Below are positions 15,001-25,834 of a stretch of 64,000 bases of DNA, one piece after another. Within the stretch, counting starts at the first letter, position 1. Every line of letters starts with the position of its first letter. The notes under the pieces were generated by a model that saw only the letters and a list, made by a program, of their open reading frames with translations, did not search any database and was not told the origin of the DNA. Both the position numbers and the translations under genes were made by a program. Origin of the DNA: Antedon mediterranea (taxonomy: Eukaryota > Animalia > Echinodermata); assembly GCF_964355755.1 (NCBI RefSeq), contig NC_092679.1, positions 21,621,432-21,685,431 of the forward strand, in the 5' to 3' direction.

Positions 15001-18000
15001 TTCTGTATTAATATATAAAAATACTTGTTCTTGCTATTCTAAGGTTGTTGAGGAACTTTTTAAGCTGATGGAATTATTTGTAGAGATTGAAGCAGAAACA
15101 ACTGAGCAAGAGTTGCAACAGATCAAGGATTTCAAGAAGCAAACTCTCCACATGTATCTGAAGTGTCTTGAGAAGAGCTCTTGTTGGACAACAATCATCA
15201 GTGTGTTCCGGATCCTGGTGGAGAACAAAGATGACCACTTATTGGTCATCCAGAACCATGGCCTAAGCAGGTTATATGATGTAAGTCCAGTTAGATCTGG
15301 TTTGGAGTTTTAGATTAGTGGTCAAATTCTGTCAAAACCCATGAACCCGAGATTGATAGATTCATGGATTCAAATCAAGGATTTGTGTATCTCCTCTCTC
15401 TCAATTTCTTTGATAACCAAATTCTATCCAACAATGTTATTATTTTTAATAGGCATTTAACACTGTGCATCTTATGTACCATGAAGCAACAGCATGTCAT
15501 GTGACTGGAGATCTGGTAGAGCTCCTGTCGATCATTCTAGAGGTACTGAAATGTGCCAACTCCCACTCAGAAGATAAAGGTATGTAAAATGCATTCAGAT
15601 GGTTTTAATGTGTAGTAGAGGAGTAGGCTGTTTCTTTTTATATACAACAATAACATCAACATTGTTTTAAATAATTTATACAAAATGCCTTAAACTGCTT
15701 GTATAGGTTTACTTTTAATTGAAATTTATGTAGTGGTACTGACTTGAACCTAGAACCTCCAATCTATTCTACCACTATTCTCTTTCATTCTAGATTCAGT
15801 AGAAACTCCTTTGGGACACCCATATCCAGAGAACGTCCCTGTTATGGGAACATTTTCCTGAATAAGAGGAAATATATGTGTTAACTATACAGCAAACGCC
15901 TATCCCGTAGACACCATATTAAAGGGACACATTCTTGGGTCCTGAAGATGTTCCCCTCCCCCAATTACAGTTTCTACTTTTATTGTAGAATTATAGAAAT
16001 AGTTGGGATTGAATTTCAGCAGTATCGGATGATATGTCTGACCAGCCTATACACTAAGTTTATTTTGCTGGATAAACTAAATGATTTTTTCCAACTTTAT
16101 TTAGGCATAGTAGGCCTACATCATTTTAAAATTTAATTTAGTCTGTTTGTTTATTTTGTTTAGAAATTATTCAGTCCCTGATTGCATGGCAAGAGCGTCT
16201 GGAGTTTGGACAAAAGTTATTGACGTTATTAAACTCCTACACACCAGACAGTGTCAGGTCAAAGGCCATTAGTAAGTATTGTAACAAAAACTTTTTCAAA
16301 CCTGGAAACTCTGGTATCTGTACTGGATTGTACAATTCCACTGGACTTTATATACTTGACTGGCCAATAAGACTAGTACCATTTTAAATCATACATACAT
16401 ACAAATGGTAGTGGTGTGTATATTTCCAACTCTCTTCATCTCTTCACAAATCTTCACCCATCATTAATTAAGACTTAATGCAATTTTTACTTTATTTATT
16501 TGTTTTATATTTACTGTATATTATGTCTGTTTGCTTGTTTTTTCAGGTATATTAACTCAGCTTTTAATGATATATCCCAAAGAGTGTGTGAAAGAGCTTG
16601 GTCTTATCATGCATCATGCTCACAACCAATTCCAGCGCACAACTATGCCAGGTATAAACATACAACTTGTAATACTACTTTTAAACTTTGAATGCATATT
16701 ACTGTACAAATTCAGGTAAAATTTCTGGATCTGGACAAATTCTTAAAACTCCAAATGCACCTGAATCTCTGTGGTGTACCTCCATATATGGCATTATCTG
16801 GCCCAGTGTCGTAGACACATTCTGTAATACACTGATACAGTGTCATATATGGTGCATGTATTGCCTATGATGCATCATATGTGACGCTGTATAGACTATT
16901 TTTCTATGATGCTATGATTAAAATCAATATGATTATCTTAACATGTCAAACTTTATAGGTCAAAGTTTACATTCGTAAAGCTTAAAATGTCAATTTATTG
17001 TAAACATCCCTTCTCTTGATTGTGCTTTTCTCTTTTTATAATTTGTTTACGTGATTCGTTATTTTCTAGTTCCAACTGGCCCATACTTTCCATTCCGTTC
17101 ACCCAAGCCAGCATTTAATAAAGCCGGGATTCGTCCTCCTAGGCCAGAGCTGCAGATGTTCCTACATGCCAGTCAACTAGAAACATCAAAGGTAACGACA
17201 ATTATTATGAAAATAATTATTAAAATTGATGTTTCTACCCAGATTATCTTGAGATTTGTGAGGTCTGAAAGACTGTGTAATAAGATTTTCATAATGTGTG
17301 TATTTATATTTTCAGGGTACTGATATTGCATATGACAATAGGCTATTGGACTTTTTTCTCCCATACAACGCATTTATTGATTTACTATGCAGGACAGCCG
17401 TGGCCGAGAATATGCTATCAGAAACCGTTATCAAGCTTAGTAAGTGTTTAAATATTTTAATAATTTTATCGATCCAACTACATCATACAAAAAAAATATT
17501 ATGGTACTAAACTGTTGTTTTTGTTATAGGTGCGCTTGTGGCGTTAGAAGGAGTACCTCTACAGCTAACTTGGTTTGCAAATTTCTGGAAAACAATTTAT
17601 GTAACCGAGGTATGTGAGATGTTAATTATTATTGCTGTTAATAATATCATATTATGTCAAGTACCCTTAACATGCCCACATAATTAGTGTTAATAAAAAT
17701 AGTACAGCGTCTTTAATGACTCTTGATTATAAAATGTTTGAACTCTTACAGGACTAACAATTATGTTATAATCAAAATTAAACTGTTTCTTGATTTTAGG
17801 TTCTGTCTACACTATCAAACTAGTTTGACAAAAAAAGTTTGATGTGCTTAAATATGGTATTGATATGACATCATCGTTCAAAAACAAAGGAACAAACCAT
17901 TTCATAATGGGGGTGTTAATTGTTTTATTGTTGTGGATGCTTCACATTTAGTTTGATTATTTTGTTTATATCATCAGGATGTTGACAAGGAATGTATGGA

Positions 18001-20526
18001 GATGCTGTGTAACTATCATGTATTCCACGAGTTTATGGAATCAGTTCTTCTGGATGAACGTACGTCATTCAACAATCCCACAATCAACTCATTTTTCTAC
18101 ATGTTCTTTCCAAAGGTAAGCTACTCCTGTGTTTTTTACTATCAATTTAAAGACTTCATTTAAGATAAGAGTGTTGAGCCGAAACGTCCTACTTTAATGT
18201 GAGACGAAACTTCCAATGATTGTTAATATACATTTTTTTGGTATTCATCAGGTGATTAACCTACCACTTAATAAAATATTTTATTGATATTGCTAATGTT
18301 GATATAATATATAAAATAAATTACTGAAAAAATGTAATTTTATATGCAATTATTTTTTTTTATTAATCATTCAAAAATGTCATCAACAACAGAGGGAATA
18401 TTTTGTTTACATCATTGCCGTGGCTAAAAAATGATCATTTTCGACAATGCTTTAGGCCTTATATTTTTAAGATATTTTATTGCATCATTATCCCTAGTAG
18501 TACTACCCATAGTCTCTCTGAAACAAAAGTTTAGAAAAAAAAGGTTTATTTATGCTTATAAAAATTAAAATTGTCTCAGGGGTGAATCAGCCGCTACCCT
18601 CATACCCTTCATTTATCACACATACTGTACATAGAGTATTGTGATATTGCTGACAAATTACCCAAAAAGAGTATTGTCACTAAAAATCAATCTGCCATAT
18701 CAATATTATGTATTTTACTTAATTATAACCATATTATTATATTGTTATTCATTTTTGTATGTTTTGTGTAGGTATACAAACATGTGTTGTGCAATAACTG
18801 GCATAGTTTAGTAAATACAGTGGCTGCGACAATTATCTCAGAAAAGGATGACATCAGCAATTATAAGCCAAAGCAACTAAATCTGGTTGCATACAATTTG
18901 AATGGGGTAGGTAACTGATCATAAAAGCTGTATGGCTCGATGCAGTACTAACACAGTGTCACAATGTTAATATTATAACACACCCATTAGTAAATCTATG
19001 CCATTTGATTGGTTAATTTCTCGCATGCCATGCATTATTTTCTTCCATATTAAATGCTTAAAGGTACTATTGAATGATCAGCTTGTATGCTATTTCATTT
19101 CAACTTATTATAGAGGGTAACCCCTTCCAGCTGGAAAAATTAAAGCCAGTTGATATTCAGGGACCCTCAAAAGACAAATATAACATAATATATAGTATAA
19201 CAGGCCTAGTATAAAACAATACATACACAACTTTGGTTTGTTTAAAAAATAAACCTTTTATTTGATTTGTTTTTTTCAGGATCTACGAGCACTTCTTCTA
19301 ATGTTCTCCGTTTCTCCACCAAGGCAGCTAAGCCCTGTATTTGTGCCAGCTCTCAGAATGATTCTTAAGCGATGTAAAGAGTATCGGCAAGAGAGGGCTG
19401 ACCAGTTAGAAGCTAAGGCGTCGAAACAGCTTGCCGCTGAGTCTCAGATTAAACGTAGTGAATCCAAGGACCAATCAGAAGTGACAACAGGTAACAAAAA
19501 AAGTAGCGAAAATAATTTTTTAATTTGTCAATATTATTTGAAAAGATAAAAATTGCTTAGATGTGTGTCCCATCCAAAAAGGAAATGGTTCAAGTTTATT
19601 ACGTTTAGTCTACGCTGCCGACCTCACACTGAGCTCACTTTGAGAGTTTCAAGAAATTTTTTCCTTTAGCTCTGTCTGCACTATCAAACTTTATGTGATA
19701 AAAATGTGATGTGCCCATATATAGACACGGTGATTTCATATCACTACCATATTTAAGCATATCACTATCATATTTGGGCATATCACTACCATATTTAAGC
19801 ATATCACTATCATATTTCGGAACATAACAATTTTTTTTTTATCAAACTACTTTGATAGTGTAGACATCATAGCGTAGGTTTAGTAACTGACTGACAAACT
19901 TTGGCGAACTTCAATTCTAAAGTTTGCAACAAAAATCAGCATTTTGAGAAGATTTTTTTCACCCAATACTTTAACAGTTTTGGGAAATTCTATAGTTCCA
20001 TGTGATGACCACAATTTGCATAGGTCTAGACTAAGGTCATCACAAATTTAAGAGGTCCCTATTGATTTATTCTGAAACCTTATTTTTGGGATTATTTTAT
20101 TATGAACTTTAATTTTTTCCAGAACCGGACTCAAATTTAAAGAAACGAAAAGCAGAAGACGAGCCCGAAAATACGGATGAAAAATCGCAATCACCGAACG
20201 AATCTACAAAAAAGCAACGAGTTGACACTGATCTTACTGATAATGAAGAATCAACCTCAGACGACCAAAGCGTGTCAAGAGAAGATAAAGGAGAGACATC
20301 CAGTGAAGAATCCAGCGAAGAGGGAACCTCTACTGGTGTCCGATTAAAGAGTTCTGCCACTGAAGATGTCCCGAAAGAACAGTTTAAGTTGTCAGAGGTT
20401 ATGAAAAAAGCTGCAACCCGGTTTCAAGAAAATGCCGACATACTTGTTAAAACCATCGATAAAATGTTACTATTGTTGGAACAAAGTGGACTACTGGAAA
20501 AAGAAAGTGAAGAAGTAAATGAGTGA
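1..20526 (+). CDS. USP34: Ubiquitin carboxyl-terminal hydrolase 34 (5'-partial, 43 coding exons in window)
   Basis: USP Cys box GYVGLTNLGATCYMASCMQQL (exon 3788-3951), TGEQKDMTEFFTDL (4383-4595), His box GVTVHTGTADGGHYYSFI and WYMFNDAEVKPFD (5981-6189), plus USP34-type segments WQQDCLACVLKL, ADHEDQEVVMFNR and MYHEATACHVTGDLVELLS. Hand-traced exons with consistent phase: 1-65, 199-390, 521-629, 891-1015, 1346-1486, 2011-2174, 2569-2689, 3312-3495, 3788-3951, 4383-4595, 4999-5133, 5526-5787, 5981-6189, 6754-6807, 7008-7115, 7590-7730, 7926-8039, 8532-8695, 9172-9253, 9389-9475, 9816-9890, 9990-10184, 10597-10701, 10973-11017, 11267-11371, 11668-11815, 11978-12075, 12258-12339, 12848-12933, 13055-13138, 13474-13580, 14003-14180, 15044-15280, 15453-15579, 16164-16271, 16547-16651, 17070-17191, 17316-17439, 17530-17609, 17978-18115, 18772-18906, 19280-19490, 20123-20526 (TGA). 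Confidence 0.95.
1532..1834. mobile_element. Non-autonomous DNA transposon, Kolobok-like family (diverged copy)
   Basis: Ends AGATGTATT... and ...GGGGACAATATATCT; internal similarity to 6301-6629 and to a partial copy at about 2310-2490. Confidence 0.6.
3476..3660 (+). repeat. Diverged tandem duplication (93-bp offset) including an exon 3' end and splice donor
   Basis: TAAGTCAGCATAGACCAGGT occurs at 3478-3497 and 3571-3590, each followed by similar TATATCCTCG..GGGTCTAAT..CACCCC sequence. Confidence 0.85.
6301..6629. mobile_element. Non-autonomous DNA transposon with TTAA target duplication (Kolobok-like)
   Basis: TTAA (6297-6300) | AGATGTATTGTCCCC ... GGGGAACAATATACATCT | TTAA (6630-6633). 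Purine-starting TIR plus TTAA fits Kolobok better than piggyBac (CCC ends). Confidence 0.7.
10199..10447 (-). mobile_element. 5'-truncated RTE-clade non-LTR retrotransposon
   Basis: Minus-strand peptide RKLEWYGHVLR..KTILQGTVQGGRRRGRQRKRWEDNIKEWTG..DRDRWR typical of RTE ORF C-termini; 3' tail ACTGAACTGA; 8-bp direct repeat AATTGTTT at 10191-10198 and 10448-10455. Confidence 0.85.
11042..11159. mobile_element. MITE family A (PIF/Harbinger-like)
   Basis: TIRs GCTCTGTCTACACTA / TAGTGTAGACAGAGC; core ATGATGTCATAT..ACTACCATATTTGG shared with about 10 copies in the window. Confidence 0.8.
12351..12744. repeat. 21-bp minisatellite (CATAATCCAGGGTAGTCCTTG), interrupted
   Basis: About 5 units at 12351-12464 and about 5-6 units at 12624-12744, separated by a retroelement-like 3' end. 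Confidence 0.85.
12465..12623 (+). mobile_element. L2-like LINE/SINE 3' end with (ATT)n tail
   Basis: AGCGCAGTGAGCGTC..GACGGATGCTTGCGCTTTACAAAT stem-loop followed by (TTA)n; TATCCA at both junctions (12459-12464 and 12624-12629). Confidence 0.55.
13600..13862 (-). mobile_element. SINE fragment with Deu/Nin-like central domain
   Basis: Reverse complement reads TCTCGGATAAGGACTATAAACCGTATGTCC..AAAGAATC..GAGTAGGGGG..CCCTGGTGT; related copy on + at about 61844-62090. Family assignment is from recalled consensus and not aligned. Confidence 0.6.
14578..14856 (+). mobile_element. tRNA-derived SINE (diverged)
   Basis: Pol III A-box-like TAGCTTGGTGG (14588-14598), B-box-like GGTTCAAGT (14632-14640), (AAAT)n tail; 3' segment GGTAATCCTTGGC shared with 62058-62070. 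Confidence 0.6.
15797..15978. mobile_element. Tc1/mariner-like MITE family C (representative copy)
   Basis: CAGTAGAAAC ... GTTTCTACT ends with GGGACAC/GTGTCCC sub-repeats. Degenerate relatives at about 4180-4300, 5257-5430, 6817-6945, 14375-14572, 22210-22360, 28910-29080, 39040-39145, 50995-51140, 55405-55745 and 58150-58225. Confidence 0.55.
19668..19872. mobile_element. MITE family A copy with three internal 21-bp repeats
   Basis: Left TIR AGCTCTGTCTGCACTATCAAACT, repeated ATATCACTA(C/T)CATATTT, right end TTTGATAGTGTAGACA. Confidence 0.8.
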
Positions 20527-21054
20527 GAAATGAAGTAAAGATATCCAGTTAAGAAGAAGTATGAGATTAAAATATAAATATATGAGAGAAAATATTGTTG
20601 AATTACGCTTGTGTAATTAATGAAAATGAAGAAAGTTTGATAATGATTGTAGGCATTTGCTTATGTATATGCAATTGAAGGCTTCTGCTATGTTCGTAGG
20701 TCGCACTTGATGAGGCTCTCTATGCTGGGATAGGCCAGATAGATGTTGCTGTAATATCTCTATGCCTAGAGCTAACTGCAGATCTAGATTAAAACTGCCT
20801 TGACTAACTTGTATGTGCTTGGACTAAACTATGAGCCCTCAACCTAACTGCAAGGCTAGGCCAGCTAGGTAAACCATGTGTACTGTATGCTCTTGGAGTA
20901 CGGTGGTCTAAAGTCTCCCTAGAACTAGATCTCAACTGAATTCACCACAAGATTTATAATAAGTTAAACAGTGATGAGAAGTACTTGTTGGTCTCGGTAG
21001 TGCTTGACAAACACTTGTTTCTATAATTGTATTGAAATATGCAAACTTGACTAA

Positions 21055-21195
21055 AGCTCTGTCTACACTATCAAACTAGTTGCCCATATATGGTAGTGAT
21101 ATGCTTATATATGGCAGGTAGTGATATGACATCATCATGTTCATATATGGGCACATCACTTTTTTTACATAAAGTGTGATAGTGTATACACAGCT
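21055..21195. mobile_element. MITE family A, full-length with TAA target duplication (USP34 3' region)
   Basis: TAA|AGCTCTGTCTACACTATCA ... TGATAGTGTATACACAGCT|TAA. Confidence 0.85.
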
Positions 21196-21754
21196 TAATA
21201 TCAATGAAATTGGTTATAACCATTTTAAAATTTAGGACATTTGAAAATATATATTGATCACGAACGTTTGACGGTCCAACGGGATCGATCATTCATTGTC
21301 AATATCATGATAAGACTTTCGTTTTATCCTATGTAATTTTATAATTAAATTGTTTTTGTTATTACCTTACCTTATATTATAGTTGTAATGTTATATGTTA
21401 TTGTAGTTTATGTTATTACTACTCCGGATAAAAATAAACTTTTTGTATTGACTTATACAGTAGTTATTTTCTGCACACTATAGGCATTGTTGCATATTAT
21501 TTTGTAAAAAAATCAATGATTGATAATCGATCAATGCTTATCAATAAATTATTGATTATTACCAGTGTTTAAACTGGTGGTGAAATAAGTACTGTATTCA
21601 AAACATGTGAGGATCCATTCCAACCCTATAACTACAATTTGTACTTGGGTGTTAAGTTAAATTTAGAAAATTATCACGGGGCGGTGTTATTTTGGGGAGG
21701 GGGAGGGAATTAAACAAGACACTCTTAAATGTTATGTGCTGTATTTGCTAGTTA

Positions 21755-21897
21755 AGCTTTGTTCTCACTAGACACTATGCAAGGATGTGATTTGACCAAT
21801 TACAAGCGATGTATTATTCAAACTGTCGCTTGTGATTGGTCAACTCGTTTGTATTGCGTCTACGTCCTTGCGTTTGAGTTCTAATGGGAACAAAACT
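21755..21897. mobile_element. MITE family B (Harbinger-like, palindromic), diverged copy
   Basis: AGCTTTGTTCTCACTAG ... CTAATGGGAACAAAACT with internal TTGACCAAT.ACAAGCGA / TCGCTTGTGATTGGTCAA. Confidence 0.75.
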
Positions 21898-22979
21898 TAA
21901 GTGCTAACGCTGCCTCTAACTTTATCAACATGTTGTTTGTATTTTCAGGGAAGGTTCTGGTATTTTTATCAACATTTTTAGAGGGGTATTCAAAATCATA
22001 TTAATTTTTATCAAGACATATTCTTTATCATATCAACAAATTTGAATGCATGTAGTTATTCCGTGCCTGTCATCTGAATAATTGACCGAAAATTATTTAT
22101 ATAAAACTGACTAAATGGTATCAGATGTAATTAATTTCATTGTGCTTCAGATAAATCGTTCCACTTTAAAATCATTATTATTTATGCAAAATGTGACCCA
22201 TATACAGTACAGTAAAGCTCTCCTATTCAGACAACACTCCTATCAAGGGGAAATTTTCATTTTGCTATGAAATTTACAAAAGGTATATGTATATGTGTTA
22301 ACCTTACAACCAAACACTTTGTTGGTTTCTGAGATAGGTGTCCCTGTAACAGCGCTTTTGTAAAATTTGAGATTATTTAACTTTTTTTTTTTAAAGGCTA
22401 CAGAATCTTACTCTGACCATGGTATAAACACTAAATTTGGGAGGGGAAAAAGATTTATACCCGAGGACATTAGTGGCCAGGGAAGAATTTATTTAAAATT
22501 ACTTGTGTGAATGGTAATACTAATTCTCTATAGTTTGTTTATGTTATGTTTTATTGGATACACAACAGTAATGTAGCTTAAGTCCAGTAAGTATGTATGT
22601 TTATAAGTATAAGTATCAAATATGTTGACTCCATGATTATAGTAACCGTATCATTCATCGTAACAATGAAGAACGGTGTTTTTTTTCTTCACTATGATAT
22701 TTACTGTAAATAATTTTAATTTTCCAAAATCTGTTAAAAATATATCTTGCCAAGTATATCCTTGAGTCTTTAGATAAAAAAAATAATATAGCTGGTTTTA
22801 ATTTTCTTTTTTAATACTCGATATTTGCTTGGAAGAAATATTTCTAATGTTTAAGGTGTCGGCAAAGAAAGAGATGTATTCGGTATAAAGCGTACTCATT
22901 ATTTTATGCAATAAACAACTGATACCTTCCACGTTCTCTTGTACGTTTCAATTCTTATAATTTTCAAAATCTTCAATAC

Positions 22980-24150
22980 TTTATAAGTTCGTCATTGTTG
23001 CTATATAAGTTCTTCTGCAATGCTATATAAGTTCATCATCAATGCTATATAAGTTCATCATCAATGCTATATAAGTTCATCATCAATGCTATATGTTCAT
23101 CATCAATGCTATATAAGTTCATCATCAATGCTATATAAGTTCATCATCAATGCTATATAAGTTCATCATCAATGCTATATAAGTTCATCATCAATGCTAT
23201 ATAAGTTCATCATCAATGTGCTATATAAGTTCATTATCATTGTTATACAAGTTCATCAGATTCAGATTCAGATTCGATTTATTAAGTAATTCATACATAG
23301 TATAATGATAATTGTTTTCCTGGCAGAAAAACACAAACAAAACAATACTTATATAATATTTACATTCATGATCAACTGATCAGCAATATAAAATACAACA
23401 GACCTATAATGCTTTATAAGTCCATTGATAATGCTAGTATATAAGTTCATCGATAATGCTAGTATATAAGTCCATCGATAATACTAGTATATAAGTTCAT
23501 CATCACTTCTATATAAGTTCATCATCAATGTGCTATATATAAGTTCATCATCATTGCTATATAAGTTCATCATCATTGCTATAAGTTCATCAACATGCTA
23601 TATAAGTTCATCTTCAGTGCTATACAAGTTCATCATCAATGCCATATAAGTTCATCAACAATGTGCTATATAAGTTCATCATCAATGTGCTATGTAAGTT
23701 CATCATCAAGCTATAAGTTTATCATCATTGCTATATAAGTTCATCATCATTGCTATAAGTTCATCAACATGCTATATAAATTCATCTTCAGTGCTATAGA
23801 AGTTCATCATCAATGCCATATAAGTTCATCATCTATGCTATATAAGTTCATCAACATGCTATATAAGTTCATCAACATGCTTTATAAGTTCATTAACATA
23901 CTATATAAGTTGATCTTGTTGCTGTCTAACTTTATCAACATGAAGTTCATCATTGTTGCCCTATATAAGTTCATCATCAATGCTAGTATATAAGTACATC
24001 ATCAATCCTTATATTACTTCATCATCAATGCTAGTATATAAATTCATTATCAATGCTATATAAGTTCATCATCAATGCTAGTATATAAGTTCATCATCAG
24101 TACTAGTATATAAGTTCATGCTTATTTTGCTATTTTAACTTCATCACCAA
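22980..24150. repeat. 22-bp minisatellite (AATGCTATATAAGTTCATCATC)n
   Basis: Dozens of tandem units, near-perfect at 23019-23220, with 24-bp variants later; interrupted at about 23258-23403. Confidence 0.95.
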
Positions 24151-24353
24151 AATGCTATATAACATAAGAGAAGATCTAGAGCCTCTGTGAGATGATAACA
24201 ATAAAACATTTCAGCTTTAGACATTGTTTTCATGAAAATCAAACATTCATCATCCACTGCTATATTTTAATTAATATGGTTTAATTAAATAATCAAATTA
24301 ATGTGCGAATTATAGAACAATCATTTATTCTGGCAACCCTTTGTCTTCTCACT

Positions 24354-24490
24354 ACTTCCGGTATCACGACCTCTCGAGAAAAAACACAACACAACGTCAA
24401 CGTAAAGTGAAATCGTAGTAAAATTTCATTACAAACAGAAACAAAGGAAATATTCAGGGTATTTTGTTGTTATAACACATAATAAGTGAG
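24354..24490 (+). promoter_or_regulatory. Putative Pellino promoter and non-coding first exon
   Basis: ETS-type ACTTCCGGT at 24354-24362, locally raised CpG, strong donor GAG|GTAAG at 24490/24491 and no coding frame. Inferred. Confidence 0.5.
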
Positions 24491-25834
24491 GTAAGAAGGC
24501 ACGAAATGTACACAATTAGTATTATATGTTTGTTTTAGTCAATTTTCATTTTACTTGTTTTCTACCTTACGATAGCAGGCCGATACTCTGTTTTGAATCC
24601 ATCCACCACGGGGCCACCCCACCACCACCACCAGGCATGAATTTGCTTGGCCTTGGCTGGCGGTGTCTGTCGTAACAACAGTGAAAGGCCTATGAGAGTA
24701 ACCAGGGTAGACTGGTTTGTTAGGCCAACCTAGGCCTACTTTACTACATTACTATATTTTATTCTATGAGAAGAAATTAATGTTTGATTGAATTTTTGAA
24801 CTAGACCTCAAATGATGTGAAAAGAAAGGTATGACCACAGTTCCAGTTCATAATGTGGAAGACCTATTTTCAATTTTATTTTTTAAAATTAAAAATATAA
24901 ATGATCTTATGATCCATTGTTTTTTATATGTGTAGTGTACTAACTAGTAGCAGCAAATTAATTTTCAGCCATTCCTTTGCTTTTGTTAGCGAACATAATA
25001 AATAAAATTATTATTATATAAATAAATACATTTAACATTATTATGTTTCAAACTAATGAAATATTGTACCCTGATGCTCCGCAAATACCAAATTTCTAGG
25101 AAAATCATGCCGTAACTTTAAACCTGTGAAATTGTGAACGGAGTCGGAATTCATTAATCTTTCTTTATTAAATACATATGTTGAATACTACATTGTACTT
25201 TAGAACACAGATGTCAGCATCCATTGTGACTGTTTTTCACGACTCTAAGAACCTTGCTGTACCTACACCATACACAACACTAACCCTATAATTAATAATA
25301 TAGTAATATTAAATCTTTATTAACAACTGTACTATAGTATTAATAATAAAAATACAAAAAGAAAGAATGTGAAGAATTGAACCCAAAACTTTCATATCAC
25401 CAACTACACCACTACCATACTACCATCACTATGCCAGTCATCCAGGACAGATTTTTCAAATAGCAAGACTACTGCTCGAAAAAGAGCATTCATTAGGTTT
25501 TTTTACCCGACTCAGCGAGCTTATATTTGGGATACAGTAGATGTCTTCATTTTAACAATACTGTATACTATGCCTATTATTCAGTCTCACAATATTTACA
25601 AAAAGTTGAGCATGCAATAGTACCTTCAATCATTAAAATGGAAAAAATATATGAATTCAACCAATCAAATGGCTAGAATACAGCACACTAATAAATACTT
25701 CAGTGTGTTGTACTATAAGAATACTTATATATAATGCTTGCCTGTAAATAAGTGGATTTGTTATTGAATAATTTGGTCGATGGATTTCTCTTTCAGGATA
25801 TGGATTAATGGAAGGATACCAGGAATAAAACGAT

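Noticed and set aside
18150-18270. Hammerhead ribozyme or Penelope-like terminal repeat (two CGAAAC motifs)
   Set aside because: No intact CTGANGA core or convincing stems; at most a decayed remnant.
22980-24150. CRISPR-like array, and ORF 23769-23993
   Set aside because: Head-to-tail units with no unique spacers in a eukaryotic context; the ORF is repeat-derived.
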